Assembly: GCA_963665325.3 (NCBI GenBank)
Contig: CAXXWS020000001.1
Coordinates: forward strand, 32,001 to 96,000
Direction of reading: 5' to 3'
DNA: 64,000 nucleotides
DNA from: Alphaproteobacteria bacterium
Lineage (GTDB): Bacteria > Pseudomonadota > Alphaproteobacteria > Bin95
A program made the position numbers and the translations under genes. Of the stretch, positions 9,058 to 18,540 are shown one piece after another (the first letter of the stretch is position 1; every line of letters starts with the position of its first letter). The notes beneath the pieces are model-generated. The model saw nothing but the letters and a program-made list of their open reading frames with translations, did no database searches and was not told the DNA's origin.

Positions 9058-10401
9058 ATGAGCTTTCCGACCCATGCGCGCCATGTCGTCATCGGCGCTG
9101 GAATCCACGGCCTGTCGACCGCCTGGCGGTTGGCCGAACGCCTGCGGGCGGCCGGCAAGGGCAGCGGCGCCGACATCCTTGTGCTCGACAAGTCGGCCAT
9201 CGCCGCGGGCGCGAGCGGAATCGCCTGCGGTGTGGTCCGCAACAACTATTTCCAGCCGGCGATGCGCGAGCTGATGGCGCACAGCGTGGATGTCTGGGAA
9301 ACCGACCCGAAGGGTTTCAGCTACCACCCCGTGGGCTACATGCAGGTCAGCCACGAGGCCATGCGCGAGGATGTGACGAGCATCTACGAACAGCAGAAGG
9401 AGATCGGCTATCCCTCCGAATTCATCGAGGGTGAGAAGGACTGTATGACCTATATGAAGGGTCTGCTGTCCGATTGGCGGGCCGAAGGCGTCACCTCCGT
9501 CCTGCACGAGAAGAAAGGCGGTTACGCCAACAATACCGCCGCCATTTACGGCCTCGCCAACAAGGCGGAGGCTCAGGGCGTCCGAATCATAACCGGCGTG
9601 ACGGTGACCGGCTTCGAGCGAGGCAGCAATTCCGATGCGGTCTCAGCCGTCGTCACCGACCGGGGAACCATCGAATGCGACCGGGTCGTTGTCGCGGTCG
9701 GTCCCTGGGTCAAGACGATCTGGGACATGCTCGACCTGCCGCGCGAGGTGTCGATCAAGGGACCCGACGGCAGAATGCATCGCGGCATCCCGACCTGGCG
9801 CTACTGGTGCCTGGAGGAAGGCGTCATCGGCGTCGATCCCGACCTGCAGAAGCTCAATGACGGAGGCATGCCCCCGGTCATCCATGTCGATACAGATGCG
9901 CCGCTGCGCTCGGACGTCGACGGGTCGGTCATTACCGAGAAACCGTGGGGCATCTACTACAAGCCGGATCTCCAATTCGACGGTGTCCAGGGAGGCGCCA
10001 TGCCCTATGAGGTGAAAACGCCCGCCGACGACGTGGCGATCGATCCCTACGGCCCGGGATCGCCGGAGTTCGTCGTAGGCGACGATTTCGCCCACATGTG
10101 GTGCTCGGCGCTGGCCTTCTGCCAAGAGCGCTTCTCCGGCCAGATCGGCAAATTCAGAAAGGAGCCGTCGGGCGGTCTGGGCTGCTTCACACCGGACAGC
10201 TTCCCGGTGTTCGACACCTTCTGCGAGAACGTCCACATCATCGCAGACAGCAACCACGGTTTCAAAATGATTGGCGTCGGCCACCTGGTTGCGGGAGAAA
10301 TGATGGGTGACAAGCAGGCCCTGCTCGAACCGTTCCGTTTCAGCCGCTACGCCGAGGGCAGGCTGCACCCGACGAGCAAGAGCCCGTTCCCCTGGAGCTG
10401 A
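9058..10401 (+). CDS. FAD-dependent oxidoreductase (DAO / monomeric sarcosine oxidase-like)
   Basis: VIGAGIHGLSTA dinucleotide motif, GASGIACG, TPDSFPV, DSNHGFK, PFRFSRY. Confidence 0.88.
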   Translation: MSFPTHARHVVIGAGIHGLSTAWRLAERLRAAGKGSGADILVLDKSAIAAGASGIACGVVRNNYFQPAMRELMAHSVDVWETDPKGFSYHPVGYMQVSHEAMREDVTSIYEQQKEIGYPSEFIEGEKDCMTYMKGLLSDWRAEGVTSVLHEKKGGYANNTAAIYGLANKAEAQGVRIITGVTVTGFERGSNSDAVSAVVTDRGTIECDRVVVAVGPWVKTIWDMLDLPREVSIKGPDGRMHRGIPTWRYWCLEEGVIGVDPDLQKLNDGGMPPVIHVDTDAPLRSDVDGSVITEKPWGIYYKPDLQFDGVQGGAMPYEVKTPADDVAIDPYGPGSPEFVVGDDFAHMWCSALAFCQERFSGQIGKFRKEPSGGLGCFTPDSFPVFDTFCENVHIIADSNHGFKMIGVGHLVAGEMMGDKQALLEPFRFSRYAEGRLHPTSKSPFPWS

Positions 10402-10418
10402 TCCAGGGAAGGACAACG

Positions 10419-10452
10419 AAAAAGCCCCCGCCAGTCTCCCGGCGGGGGCTTG
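10419..10452. terminator. Bidirectional intrinsic terminator
   Basis: AAAAAGCCCCCGCC-agtctccc-GGCGGGGGCTTG hairpin between convergent genes. Confidence 0.75.
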
Positions 10453-10479
10453 TTCGTTGGGTTGCGCCCCTGGTCGCGG

Positions 10480-10698
10480 TCAGTCGCCTTCGAGGGCCTC
10501 GTTGATCGAGCCTTCGTCGCCGTGCCGGCTGACAATTCCCTCATAGTCGGCTTTCTCGGCCCGGATCTGCAGGACGTGCCAGCCGAGCCACAGAACCACG
10601 CCGATAATCAGAAACAGCCCTTCCGTGCCCTGGAAGGGGTAAAGGGCGCCGATGTCTTTCAGATCGACCGCCCAGCTCTCGATGCCTGTCGTTGACAT
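10480..10698 (-). CDS. Small single-pass membrane protein (72 aa) downstream of amt
   Basis: AGGAG RBS; one TM segment (LFLIIGVVLWLGWHVLQI); YPFQGTE motif. Confidence 0.75.
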   Translation of the reverse strand: MSTTGIESWAVDLKDIGALYPFQGTEGLFLIIGVVLWLGWHVLQIRAEKADYEGIVSRHGDEGSINEALEGD

Positions 10699-10775
10699 GC
10701 TTCTTTCTCCTTTCCGGCCTCCGGTCCGCCGGCGTCGAGGCGCCGGTGGATGTCGGTGCGAATGGGGTCAACCCG

Positions 10776-12128
10776 TCAGACGGCTGCCTTCTCGGTTGCG
10801 CGGACATCGGCCGCTGCGGCCTGTTCGTCGCGGTTGGTCGCGAAGTCCAGTCCCAGCAGTTCGATCTGCTTGGGAATTCGCAGCATTCCCGCTGCGGCAA
10901 GGATCTTGGCGACCACCCAGCCCGGCAGGAAACCGAGCACGAAGAACATGATGATCGCGCCGGCGAACTGGCCGAGCGGGTTGATCGTGGCGTAGCCTTC
11001 GTAGGGCGAACTCGGATGGCCCCACAGCACGAAGCCGCAGACGACCAGGCCGATGAAGCCGGCATAGCCGTGGACCGCCACGGCGCCGACGGCATCGTCG
11101 ATCTTGAACTTCCGCTCCACCCAGAAGTGCAGCTTGTAGGCACAGAATGTGCCGAAGCCGCCGATGATCATGGCGTGGATGGGATGGTACAGATCGTTGC
11201 CGGCCGATGCTGTGATGATGCCTGCCAGACCGCCGGAATAGGTCCAGAAGGCATTGCCCTTGGAGACCAGATAGCCGGCCAGCAGACCGCCTGAGAGCGA
11301 CATCAGGAAGTTTACCGTGATGGCGCCGAGCGTCGTCGGCGTCAGGTAGATGGTCGTCGCCGTCCAAGTATCGCCCGTGATCTGGCCGCCGATAGTCCCA
11401 GGGTCGATGAGCGGCACATTGCAGGCAACGTAGAAGCCCCAGAAGCCGGCATAGATCAGGAACAGGCCGATGCACACCATCCACGGGTTATGGGGATTGA
11501 TGTCCCGCGGCGTGCCGTCGGGTGCGAACTTGCCGAGCCGTGGCCCCAGTACCACCAGGATGCCGAGCGCGAACCCGCCGGCGATCGCGTGGATCACGCC
11601 GGAAGCGTAGGCGTCGTGATAGCCCAGCAGTTGGACCATCCAGCCGCCGTAATGCCAGCCCCAGGCCGCGTCGATGATCCAGGCGCCCGATCCGATCACG
11701 ACCGCGAGAATCCAGAAGGCGCCCGAATTGATCCGCTCGATCACCGAACCGGACACGATGGAGGCCGCCGTCCACGAGAACAGCAGGAAGGCCGCCCAGA
11801 ACACGCCGGTGATCCGGTCGCCGGCGTTCGGGCCCATGGTCTCCGACCAGGGCGTGTTGGCCTCACCCATCGCAAGATCGAGGCCTCCCGTAATCCACGG
11901 CCCGTTCGGCATGGCCCAGTAAAGCCACCAGCCGAAGAAGAAGAACGTGATCGTCACCAGCGGGATCAGCATCGTGTTCTTCATCAGGGTGTGCATGTGG
12001 TTGCGCCGCCGGCTCGCGCCGACTTCGTACATGCAGAACCCGATATGGATGAAGAACATCAACGGTATGGTCGCCCAGTAGTAGAACTCGGTGAATACCG
12101 TCGTCAGGGCGTTGAGATTGCCTTCCAT
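10776..12128 (-). CDS. amt: Amt-family (ammonium/methylammonium) transporter, non-canonical
   Basis: GFCMYEVG..RRRN...LMKN, IVSGSVIER, twin His (VIHAIAG, VAVHGYAG), GPRLGKF, IDDAVG. Confidence 0.9.
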   Translation of the reverse strand: MEGNLNALTTVFTEFYYWATIPLMFFIHIGFCMYEVGASRRRNHMHTLMKNTMLIPLVTITFFFFGWWLYWAMPNGPWITGGLDLAMGEANTPWSETMGPNAGDRITGVFWAAFLLFSWTAASIVSGSVIERINSGAFWILAVVIGSGAWIIDAAWGWHYGGWMVQLLGYHDAYASGVIHAIAGGFALGILVVLGPRLGKFAPDGTPRDINPHNPWMVCIGLFLIYAGFWGFYVACNVPLIDPGTIGGQITGDTWTATTIYLTPTTLGAITVNFLMSLSGGLLAGYLVSKGNAFWTYSGGLAGIITASAGNDLYHPIHAMIIGGFGTFCAYKLHFWVERKFKIDDAVGAVAVHGYAGFIGLVVCGFVLWGHPSSPYEGYATINPLGQFAGAIIMFFVLGFLPGWVVAKILAAAGMLRIPKQIELLGLDFATNRDEQAAAADVRATEKAAV

Positions 12129-12185
12129 GGCTCTGGCTCTCCGAACGGTTGTCTCTTGGCGCCGGTCGGCGGCAAGACCGGTTCG

Positions 12186-12298
12186 AACCAATTTCTCCCG
12201 GCCGGCGACCGCCCAGTCCAATGAAGCATGGCGGTTTTTCCGGAATGTTTCAATAATTTTGACGACCATTCGATTCTAATTGGTCAAGAATGGTTCAA
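12186..12298. promoter_or_regulatory. amt upstream region with (A)ATTGGT/ACCAAT motifs
   Basis: GAACCAATT 12185, ACCATT 12265, AATTGGTC 12278, AATGGTTC 12289. Confidence 0.5.
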
Positions 12299-12313
12299 TA
12301 GAACATTAAGCAG

Positions 12314-13294
12314 TCAACGCCTGTGAAGCACTTCAAGGCGATGGTGCGACGGTGTTTCGCCAAACCGCTTCCGGTAGGCGGTGGCGAAATGGGCGGCGCC
12401 GGAAAAGCCTGTGGCAATTGCAATTTCGAGTATGGGCAGGTCGGTCTGGCGTAATAGTTCGCGGGATTTCTCCAGCCGCAGGTCGCGATAGAACGCCCCG
12501 GCGCTGCGGCCCAGCCCGGCGCGGAATTGCCGATTCAGATGACGCGCGCTCACGCCGGCAATTTGGCCAAGGTCGGAAAGCGGCAGCGGGTCGGCGATAT
12601 GGTTTTCCATTGCCTCTATAGCGGCCAGTACGGCGTGTCGGTTCGTGCCGTAACGCTCCGCGAGGCCGGCCCGCTGCGGACCGCCGGCGGGACGCACATC
12701 GGTATGCATGAACCAGTCGCTGACCCTCCGCGCGAAGTCCGCACCGTGATGCTCGGCGATAAGGGCGTGCATCATGTCCAGCGGCGCCGTCCCGCCGGCG
12801 CAGGTGATGCGGTCGCGGTCCACGACATAAAGGGTACGCTCCAGGAGGAGGCCGGGGTGCCGCTCGGCCAGGGCGGCGGCGTGCTCCCAGTGAAGCGTCA
12901 TCCGCCGGTTTTCCATGATGCCGGCATTGGCGAGTACCGCCGGCCCGCCGGAGACGCCGCCCAGCATGCGGCCATGCCGGGCCTGATGCCGCAGCCATTG
13001 AAACACCCGGTCGTCCTGAAAGCCGACCGGGTCGCCGCCGGCGACGACGAATGCGAGGTCGTATGCACCGGTCGCTTCCCCGAGCCCGGCGACCGCGACC
13101 GAAGCCGCGGACGAACTGTTCAGCAGCTCCGCCGTCTTCGGCCCGGCGGCGAAATGGAAGACTTCGTATAGCCGTCTGCCGGCCAGCAGATTGGCGGCGC
13201 GCAACGGTTCGCTCACGGCGGCGAACGACATCAGCGCAAAACCCTCGACAAGGACGAACGCAACCCGGCGGACGGGAAGAGTCGGTTCAAGCAT
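12314..13294 (-). CDS. GlxA-family AraC transcriptional regulator
   Basis: VLVEGFALMSFAAVSEPLRAAN, TLHWEH, TCAGGTAPLDMM, AraC C-terminus; divergent from sox/mgd. Confidence 0.9.
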   Translation of the reverse strand: MLEPTLPVRRVAFVLVEGFALMSFAAVSEPLRAANLLAGRRLYEVFHFAAGPKTAELLNSSSAASVAVAGLGEATGAYDLAFVVAGGDPVGFQDDRVFQWLRHQARHGRMLGGVSGGPAVLANAGIMENRRMTLHWEHAAALAERHPGLLLERTLYVVDRDRITCAGGTAPLDMMHALIAEHHGADFARRVSDWFMHTDVRPAGGPQRAGLAERYGTNRHAVLAAIEAMENHIADPLPLSDLGQIAGVSARHLNRQFRAGLGRSAGAFYRDLRLEKSRELLRQTDLPILEIAIATGFSGAAHFATAYRKRFGETPSHHRLEVLHRR

Positions 13295-13380
13295 GTCTTG
13301 ATTATTAAAGAATACGTCCACAAACGGGAAGCGTAGAATTGGAGATCGGCGCATCAATCGGGCGTTGGACCGAGGACGCC

Positions 13381-14631
13381 ATGCGCTATTCCGTATTGCA
13401 AATCCTCAGGCAGGGCCTGACAGGCAATCGCGGCTGGAAGCCGGTCTGGCGCGAGCCGGAACCGAAGCGGCACTACGACACCATCGTTGTCGGCGGCGGC
13501 GGGCACGGCCTCGCCACAGCCTACTATCTGGCCTCGGTGCACGGCCTGACCGATGTCGCGGTGCTTGAAAAGGGCTGGCTCGGCTCCGGCAATGTCGGCC
13601 GCAACACGACGATCGTCCGCTCCAACTATCTGCTGCCCGGCAACGAGCCCTTCTACGAACTGTCGATGAAGCTGTGGGAAGGCCTGGAGCAGGACGTCAA
13701 CTACAACGCCATGGTCTCGCAGCGCGGGATCATCAACCTGTACCACAGCGACGGTCAGCGCGATGCCGCCGCCCGGCGCGGCAATGCCATGATCCTCGCC
13801 GGAGCCGATGCAGTCCTGCTCGACCGCGAGGCGTTGCAAAGGAAATGCCCCTACCTGGACTTCGACAACGAACGCTTCCCGATCAAGGGTGGGCTGTGGC
13901 AGCCGCGCGGCGGCACGGTGCGCCACGATGCGGTCGCCTGGGGTTATGCCCGCGGCGCCGACCGGCGCGGCGTGGATTTGATCCAGAACTGCGAAGTGAC
14001 CGGCTTCGACATTCGTAACGGCGTGTGCCACGGCGTCGAGACGCCGCGCGGCACGATCGGGGCCGACAGGGTGGCGGTCTGCGTTGCCGGTTCCTCCGGC
14101 CGGGTCATGGGCTATGCCGGTCTGCGCCTGCCGATCGAAAGCCATGTCCTGCAGGCCTTCGTCACCGAAGGGCTGAAACCCGCCATTCCCGGTGTCATCA
14201 CTTACGGGGCCGGGCACTTCTATGTCAGCCAGTCCGACAAGGGCGGCCTGGTCTTCGGCGGCGATATCGACGGCTACAACTCCTACGCCCAGCGCGGCAA
14301 CCTGCCGATGGTCGAGGATGTCTGCGAGGGCGGCATGGCGCTGATGCCGATGATCGGCCGGGCGCGGGTGCTGCGCATGTGGGGCGGCCTGGTCGACATG
14401 TCGATGGACGGCTCGCCCTTCATCGACAAGACGCCGGTCGAGGGGCTCTATTTCAACGGCGGCTGGAACTATGGCGGCTTCAAGGCGACTCCGGCGAGCG
14501 GCTACTGCTACGCCCACCTGATTGCGACCGGCGCGCCGCACCCGGTCGCCGCCGAGATGCGGCTGGACCGTTTCGAGCGCGGCGCCCCGATCGACGAAAA
14601 GGGCGTCGGCGCCCAGCCGAACCTGCATTAG
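13381..14631 (+). CDS. soxB: Heterotetrameric sarcosine oxidase beta subunit / N-methylglutamate dehydrogenase MgdA-like
   Basis: VGGGGHGLATAYYLA, GNVGRNTTIVRSNY, RHDAVAWGYARGA, GGFKATPASG. Confidence 0.9.
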   Translation: MRYSVLQILRQGLTGNRGWKPVWREPEPKRHYDTIVVGGGGHGLATAYYLASVHGLTDVAVLEKGWLGSGNVGRNTTIVRSNYLLPGNEPFYELSMKLWEGLEQDVNYNAMVSQRGIINLYHSDGQRDAAARRGNAMILAGADAVLLDREALQRKCPYLDFDNERFPIKGGLWQPRGGTVRHDAVAWGYARGADRRGVDLIQNCEVTGFDIRNGVCHGVETPRGTIGADRVAVCVAGSSGRVMGYAGLRLPIESHVLQAFVTEGLKPAIPGVITYGAGHFYVSQSDKGGLVFGGDIDGYNSYAQRGNLPMVEDVCEGGMALMPMIGRARVLRMWGGLVDMSMDGSPFIDKTPVEGLYFNGGWNYGGFKATPASGYCYAHLIATGAPHPVAAEMRLDRFERGAPIDEKGVGAQPNLH

Positions 14632-14641
14632 GGCGCGCGGG

Positions 14642-14929
14642 ATGATTATCGACCATCCGCTCCTCGGCCCGCGCGACGCGCAGGAGTTCGTCATTCTTGG
14701 CGATGCGAGCCTGATCGACCGGCCCGACTGGCAGGCCGAGGACGCCGCGCAACTCTTCCACGACTATCTGCACCTGCGGGACAACCCGGCCGGCGAGCAT
14801 CGGGAGCTGTGGTTCCACGAGCAGGGCGACCGCTCCTGGCTGGTCGTCACCCGCAGCACGCTGACCCACGAGGTCCTCAAGGTCGAACTGGCGCGCGATG
14901 TCGCCGTTGCCCGGGGGCGAGACCGGTGA
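14642..14929 (+). CDS. soxD: Sarcosine oxidase delta subunit (Cys-free variant) / MgdB-like
   Basis: GPRD..EF, YLHLRDNPAG, ELWFH..G...W..VTR.T.THEV; lies between beta and alpha subunits. Confidence 0.85.
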   Translation: MIIDHPLLGPRDAQEFVILGDASLIDRPDWQAEDAAQLFHDYLHLRDNPAGEHRELWFHEQGDRSWLVVTRSTLTHEVLKVELARDVAVARGRDR

Positions 14930-17871
14930 GCGGGCCGTTCCGCCTCGATGGCGGCCGGGTCGACCGGAGCGCGAGCCTCGATTTCCGGTTCGATGGCCGG
15001 AGCCTTTCGGGCCATCCCGGCGATACGCTGGCCTCGGCGCTACTCGCCAACGGGGTTCGGCTGGTCGGCCGGAGCTTCAAGTATCACCGGCCTCGCGGTG
15101 TCTTCACCGCCGGTTCGGAAGAGCCCAGTGCGTTGGTCGAGCTGCGCGGCGGCGCCTGGCGCGAGCCGAATACGAGGGCGACCGTCGCGGAGCTGTTCGA
15201 CGGGCTGGAGGCGTTCAGCCAGAACTATCGCGGTTCGCTGCGCCGCGACCTGCTGGCGGTCAACGATCTGCTCGCCCCCTTCCTGTCGGCCGGCTTCTAT
15301 TACAAGACCTTCATGTGGCCGAAATCCTTCTGGGAGCGGGTCTATGAGCCGGCCATCCGGGCCTCGGCCGGTCTCGGCCGCTTGTCCGGCGAGGCCGATC
15401 CGGACAGCTACGACAAGGGTTTCCTGCATTGCGACCTGCTGATCGTCGGCGCAGGTCCCGCCGGGCTTGCCGCCGCGCTGGCGGCCGGGCGCAGCGGCGC
15501 GCGGGTCATACTGGCCGACGAGGACTTCGTCATGGGCGGGCGGCTCAACGCCGAGACCCATGAGGTGAACGGTCGGTCCGGCGCGGATTGGGCCACCGAA
15601 GCCGTGCGCGAACTGGCGTCCATGAACCGGGTCCGTCTCCTCCCGCGGACCACGGTCACCGGCGCCTACGACCACGGCGTTTACAGTGCGCTAGAGCGCC
15701 GGACCGACCATCTGGCCACCGCCAACGGCAAGCCGCGTCAGATCCTGTGGCGGATCTACAGCAAGCGGGCGATCCTGGCCGCCGGCGCCACGGAACGGCC
15801 CATTGCATTCGGCGGCAACGACCGGCCCGGCGTGATGCTGGCCGGGGCGGTGCGCGCTTACGCCAACCGGTTCGCCGTCGGCGCCGGCCAGCGCGTCGGC
15901 CTGTTCACCAACAATGACGACGGCTGGCGCACGGCCGCCGATCTCGCCCGGAAGGGAGTCGAGGTCACAGCGATTATCGACGCGCGGGACCGCGAATCCG
16001 TCGCCGAGGTGCCGGGCGCCCGGATCGTAATGGGCGGCCGCGTGACGGCGACCCGGGGGCGCCACGGTTTGAAGGGGATCGCCTTGGCGACCGGCGAGTG
16101 GATCGCGCTGGACTGCCTTGCGGTTTCCGGCGGCTGGAACCCCAACGTCCATCTGACCTGCCATCATGGCGGCAAGCCGGTCTGGCGCGACGGGATCGCC
16201 GCCTTCGTGCCCGGCGACCTGCCGCCCGGCATGACCGTTGCCGGCGCGGCGGGCGGCGCTTTCACTACCGCAGCCGCGCTGATCGAGGGGCATCGGGCGG
16301 CGGTCGAGGCGCTTGGCGAACTTGGACTTCCGGCCGACGCAGGCGATGCGCCGGGGGCGAGCGACGAGGCAGCCGACGTTGCGCCCTTCTGGCATGTCGC
16401 GGAGAGCCGGGGCCGGGCGTGGCTTGACCTGCAGAACGATGTGACGGTGAAGGACGTCGTGCAGGCGCATGGCGAGGGCTTCCGCTCGGTCGAGCACCTG
16501 AAGCGCTACACCACGCTCGGCATGGCGACCGACCAGGGCAAGACCGCGAATGTCGGCGCGCTCGCCATCATGGCCGAGCAGACCGGCCGCACCATCGCCG
16601 AGACCGGCACCACGATGTTCCGCCCGCCCTATACGCCCGTGCCGATCGCCGCCTTCGCCGGGCGTTCGCGCGGCATGGAGTTCCGCCCGACCCGCCTGAC
16701 GCCGAGCCACGACTGGGCGGCGAAGCGGAGCGCCGTCTTCGTCGAGGCCGGCGCGTGGTTGCGCGCCCAGTGGTTCCCCCGGCCCGGCGAGACCTACTGG
16801 CGGCAGTCGGTTGACCGGGAGGTCCTGCAGACCCGGGGCTCGGTCGGCATCTGCGATGTCACGACGCTCGGCAAGATCGATATCCAGGGGCGCGATGCGC
16901 AAGAATTCCTCAACCGCATCTATGCCAACGGCTTCGCCACGCTGGCGGTCGGCAAGGTGCGCTACGGTCTGATGCTGCGGGAGGACGGCATCGCCTACGA
17001 TGACGGCACGACCGCACGGCTCGGCGAAAACCATTTCGTCATGACGACGACGACGGTGAACGCCGTGCTGGTGTTCCGCAACATGGAGTTCGCCCGCCAA
17101 TGCCTGTGGCCGGGGCTGGACGTCCATCTGATCTCGGTCACCGAACAATGGGCGCAGTTCGCCGTGGCCGGCCCCAATTCGCGCGCGCTGCTTGGGAAGA
17201 TCGTCGATCCGGAGCACGACATCTCCAACGAGGCCTTCCCCTTCATGGCCTGCGGCGAGGTCGGCGTGTGCGGCGGCGCCCCGGCCCGGCTGTTCCGCAT
17301 TTCCTTCTCCGGCGAGCTGGCCTACGAGCTTGCGGTGCCGGCGCGTTACGGCGAAGCCCTGATGGAAGCGCTGATGGCAGCGGGCGAGGAGTTCGACGCG
17401 GTCGCCTACGGCACCGAGGCGCTCGGCGTCATGCGGATCGAAAAGGGACACGCGGCAGCTAACGAGCTGAACGGCCAGACCACGGCGCGCATGCTCGGCA
17501 TGCAGCGCATGGTGTCGAAGAGGAAGGACTGCATCGGCAATATCCTGTCCGAACGCCCCGAAATGAACCGCGAGGACGGACTGGAGCTGGTGGGCTTCAG
17601 GCCGGTAAACCGTTCGGAGGAATTGCCCTCCGGCGCCCACTTCCTCTCAATCGGCGCCGAGGCGGCGATGGCGAATGACGAGGGCTGGATGACATCGGTC
17701 GCCTGGTCGCCGGAACTGGGCCATTCGATCGGCCTCGGGTTCATCCGCAACGGCCACGCCCGGATCGGCGAAACCGTGCGCGCCTGGGACGGGGTACGCG
17801 GCAGGGACGTGGCGGTCGAAATCGTCTCGGCGCATTTCCTCGATCCGGACGGGGAGCGGCTCCGTGGCTGA
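14926..17871 (+). CDS. soxA: Sarcosine oxidase alpha subunit / MgdC-like
   Basis: GDTLASALLANG..GRSFKYHRPRG, VGAGPAGL, EHLKRYTTLGMATDQGK, GcvT-like C-terminus; GTGA overlap with soxD. Confidence 0.92.
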   Translation: MSGPFRLDGGRVDRSASLDFRFDGRSLSGHPGDTLASALLANGVRLVGRSFKYHRPRGVFTAGSEEPSALVELRGGAWREPNTRATVAELFDGLEAFSQNYRGSLRRDLLAVNDLLAPFLSAGFYYKTFMWPKSFWERVYEPAIRASAGLGRLSGEADPDSYDKGFLHCDLLIVGAGPAGLAAALAAGRSGARVILADEDFVMGGRLNAETHEVNGRSGADWATEAVRELASMNRVRLLPRTTVTGAYDHGVYSALERRTDHLATANGKPRQILWRIYSKRAILAAGATERPIAFGGNDRPGVMLAGAVRAYANRFAVGAGQRVGLFTNNDDGWRTAADLARKGVEVTAIIDARDRESVAEVPGARIVMGGRVTATRGRHGLKGIALATGEWIALDCLAVSGGWNPNVHLTCHHGGKPVWRDGIAAFVPGDLPPGMTVAGAAGGAFTTAAALIEGHRAAVEALGELGLPADAGDAPGASDEAADVAPFWHVAESRGRAWLDLQNDVTVKDVVQAHGEGFRSVEHLKRYTTLGMATDQGKTANVGALAIMAEQTGRTIAETGTTMFRPPYTPVPIAAFAGRSRGMEFRPTRLTPSHDWAAKRSAVFVEAGAWLRAQWFPRPGETYWRQSVDREVLQTRGSVGICDVTTLGKIDIQGRDAQEFLNRIYANGFATLAVGKVRYGLMLREDGIAYDDGTTARLGENHFVMTTTTVNAVLVFRNMEFARQCLWPGLDVHLISVTEQWAQFAVAGPNSRALLGKIVDPEHDISNEAFPFMACGEVGVCGGAPARLFRISFSGELAYELAVPARYGEALMEALMAAGEEFDAVAYGTEALGVMRIEKGHAAANELNGQTTARMLGMQRMVSKRKDCIGNILSERPEMNREDGLELVGFRPVNRSEELPSGAHFLSIGAEAAMANDEGWMTSVAWSPELGHSIGLGFIRNGHARIGETVRAWDGVRGRDVAVEIVSAHFLDPDGERLRG

Positions 17872-18439
17872 GACCCCTCTCAGGGCCCGACCGGCGCTCG
17901 ACGGCTACAACCGGACGGTCGGCCCGGTAGCGCTCGCCGAGGTTTCCGGCCTGGCGCTGGTGTCGGCGGCGGTGCCGCAGGGCGGGGACGAGGCCTTCGC
18001 CGCGGCGCTGGCCGAAGGCTTGGGCGCCTCCCGCCCGGCGACCGGCGACTCGACTCCCGGCGACCGGCACATGGCACGAATCCTTGGCATGCAACCCGAC
18101 CAGTTGTTCATCCTGTTCGAATCGCCGGACCCGGACCGTCCAGCCGAATCGGTGCTGGCGGCGCTCGGCGGAGCCGCCTACGTCACCGACCAGACCGACA
18201 GCTGGGCCATGCTGCGCATCGCCGGCGCCGGCGTCCGCAGCGCGCTCGAGCGCATCTGCATGCTCGACCTCGCCGACGAAGCTTTCCCCGAAGGCCGGGT
18301 GGCGCGCACCGTTATGGAGCATCTGGCGGTCATTATCCTGCGGGACGGTGCCGACAGCTTCCTGCTGATGAGTCCGCGCTCCTCCGCCCGCTCTTTCCTG
18401 CATGCGGTGGAACTGTCGGTCCTGAACCTGTCCGAATAG
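17864..18439 (+). CDS. soxG: Sarcosine oxidase gamma subunit / MgdD-like
   Basis: TDQTDSW, LERICMLDL, F..G.VART, RSSARSF; overlaps soxA. Confidence 0.85.
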   Translation: MAETPLRARPALDGYNRTVGPVALAEVSGLALVSAAVPQGGDEAFAAALAEGLGASRPATGDSTPGDRHMARILGMQPDQLFILFESPDPDRPAESVLAALGGAAYVTDQTDSWAMLRIAGAGVRSALERICMLDLADEAFPEGRVARTVMEHLAVIILRDGADSFLLMSPRSSARSFLHAVELSVLNLSE

Positions 18440-18540
18440 CGATCCGGTGCCGGCGCGGCTTCAGGCGTCCGAGGCGACGATTTCGTACCTGGCCCGAAAT
18501 GCTGTGCAATCCGAAACGTGTTCGCCCATCCAGCAGCCTG

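Noticed and set aside
7945-9507. 520-aa AraC ORF with a long N-terminal extension
   Set aside because: The extension is antisense to the FAD oxidoreductase; GlxA similarity starts at 8916.
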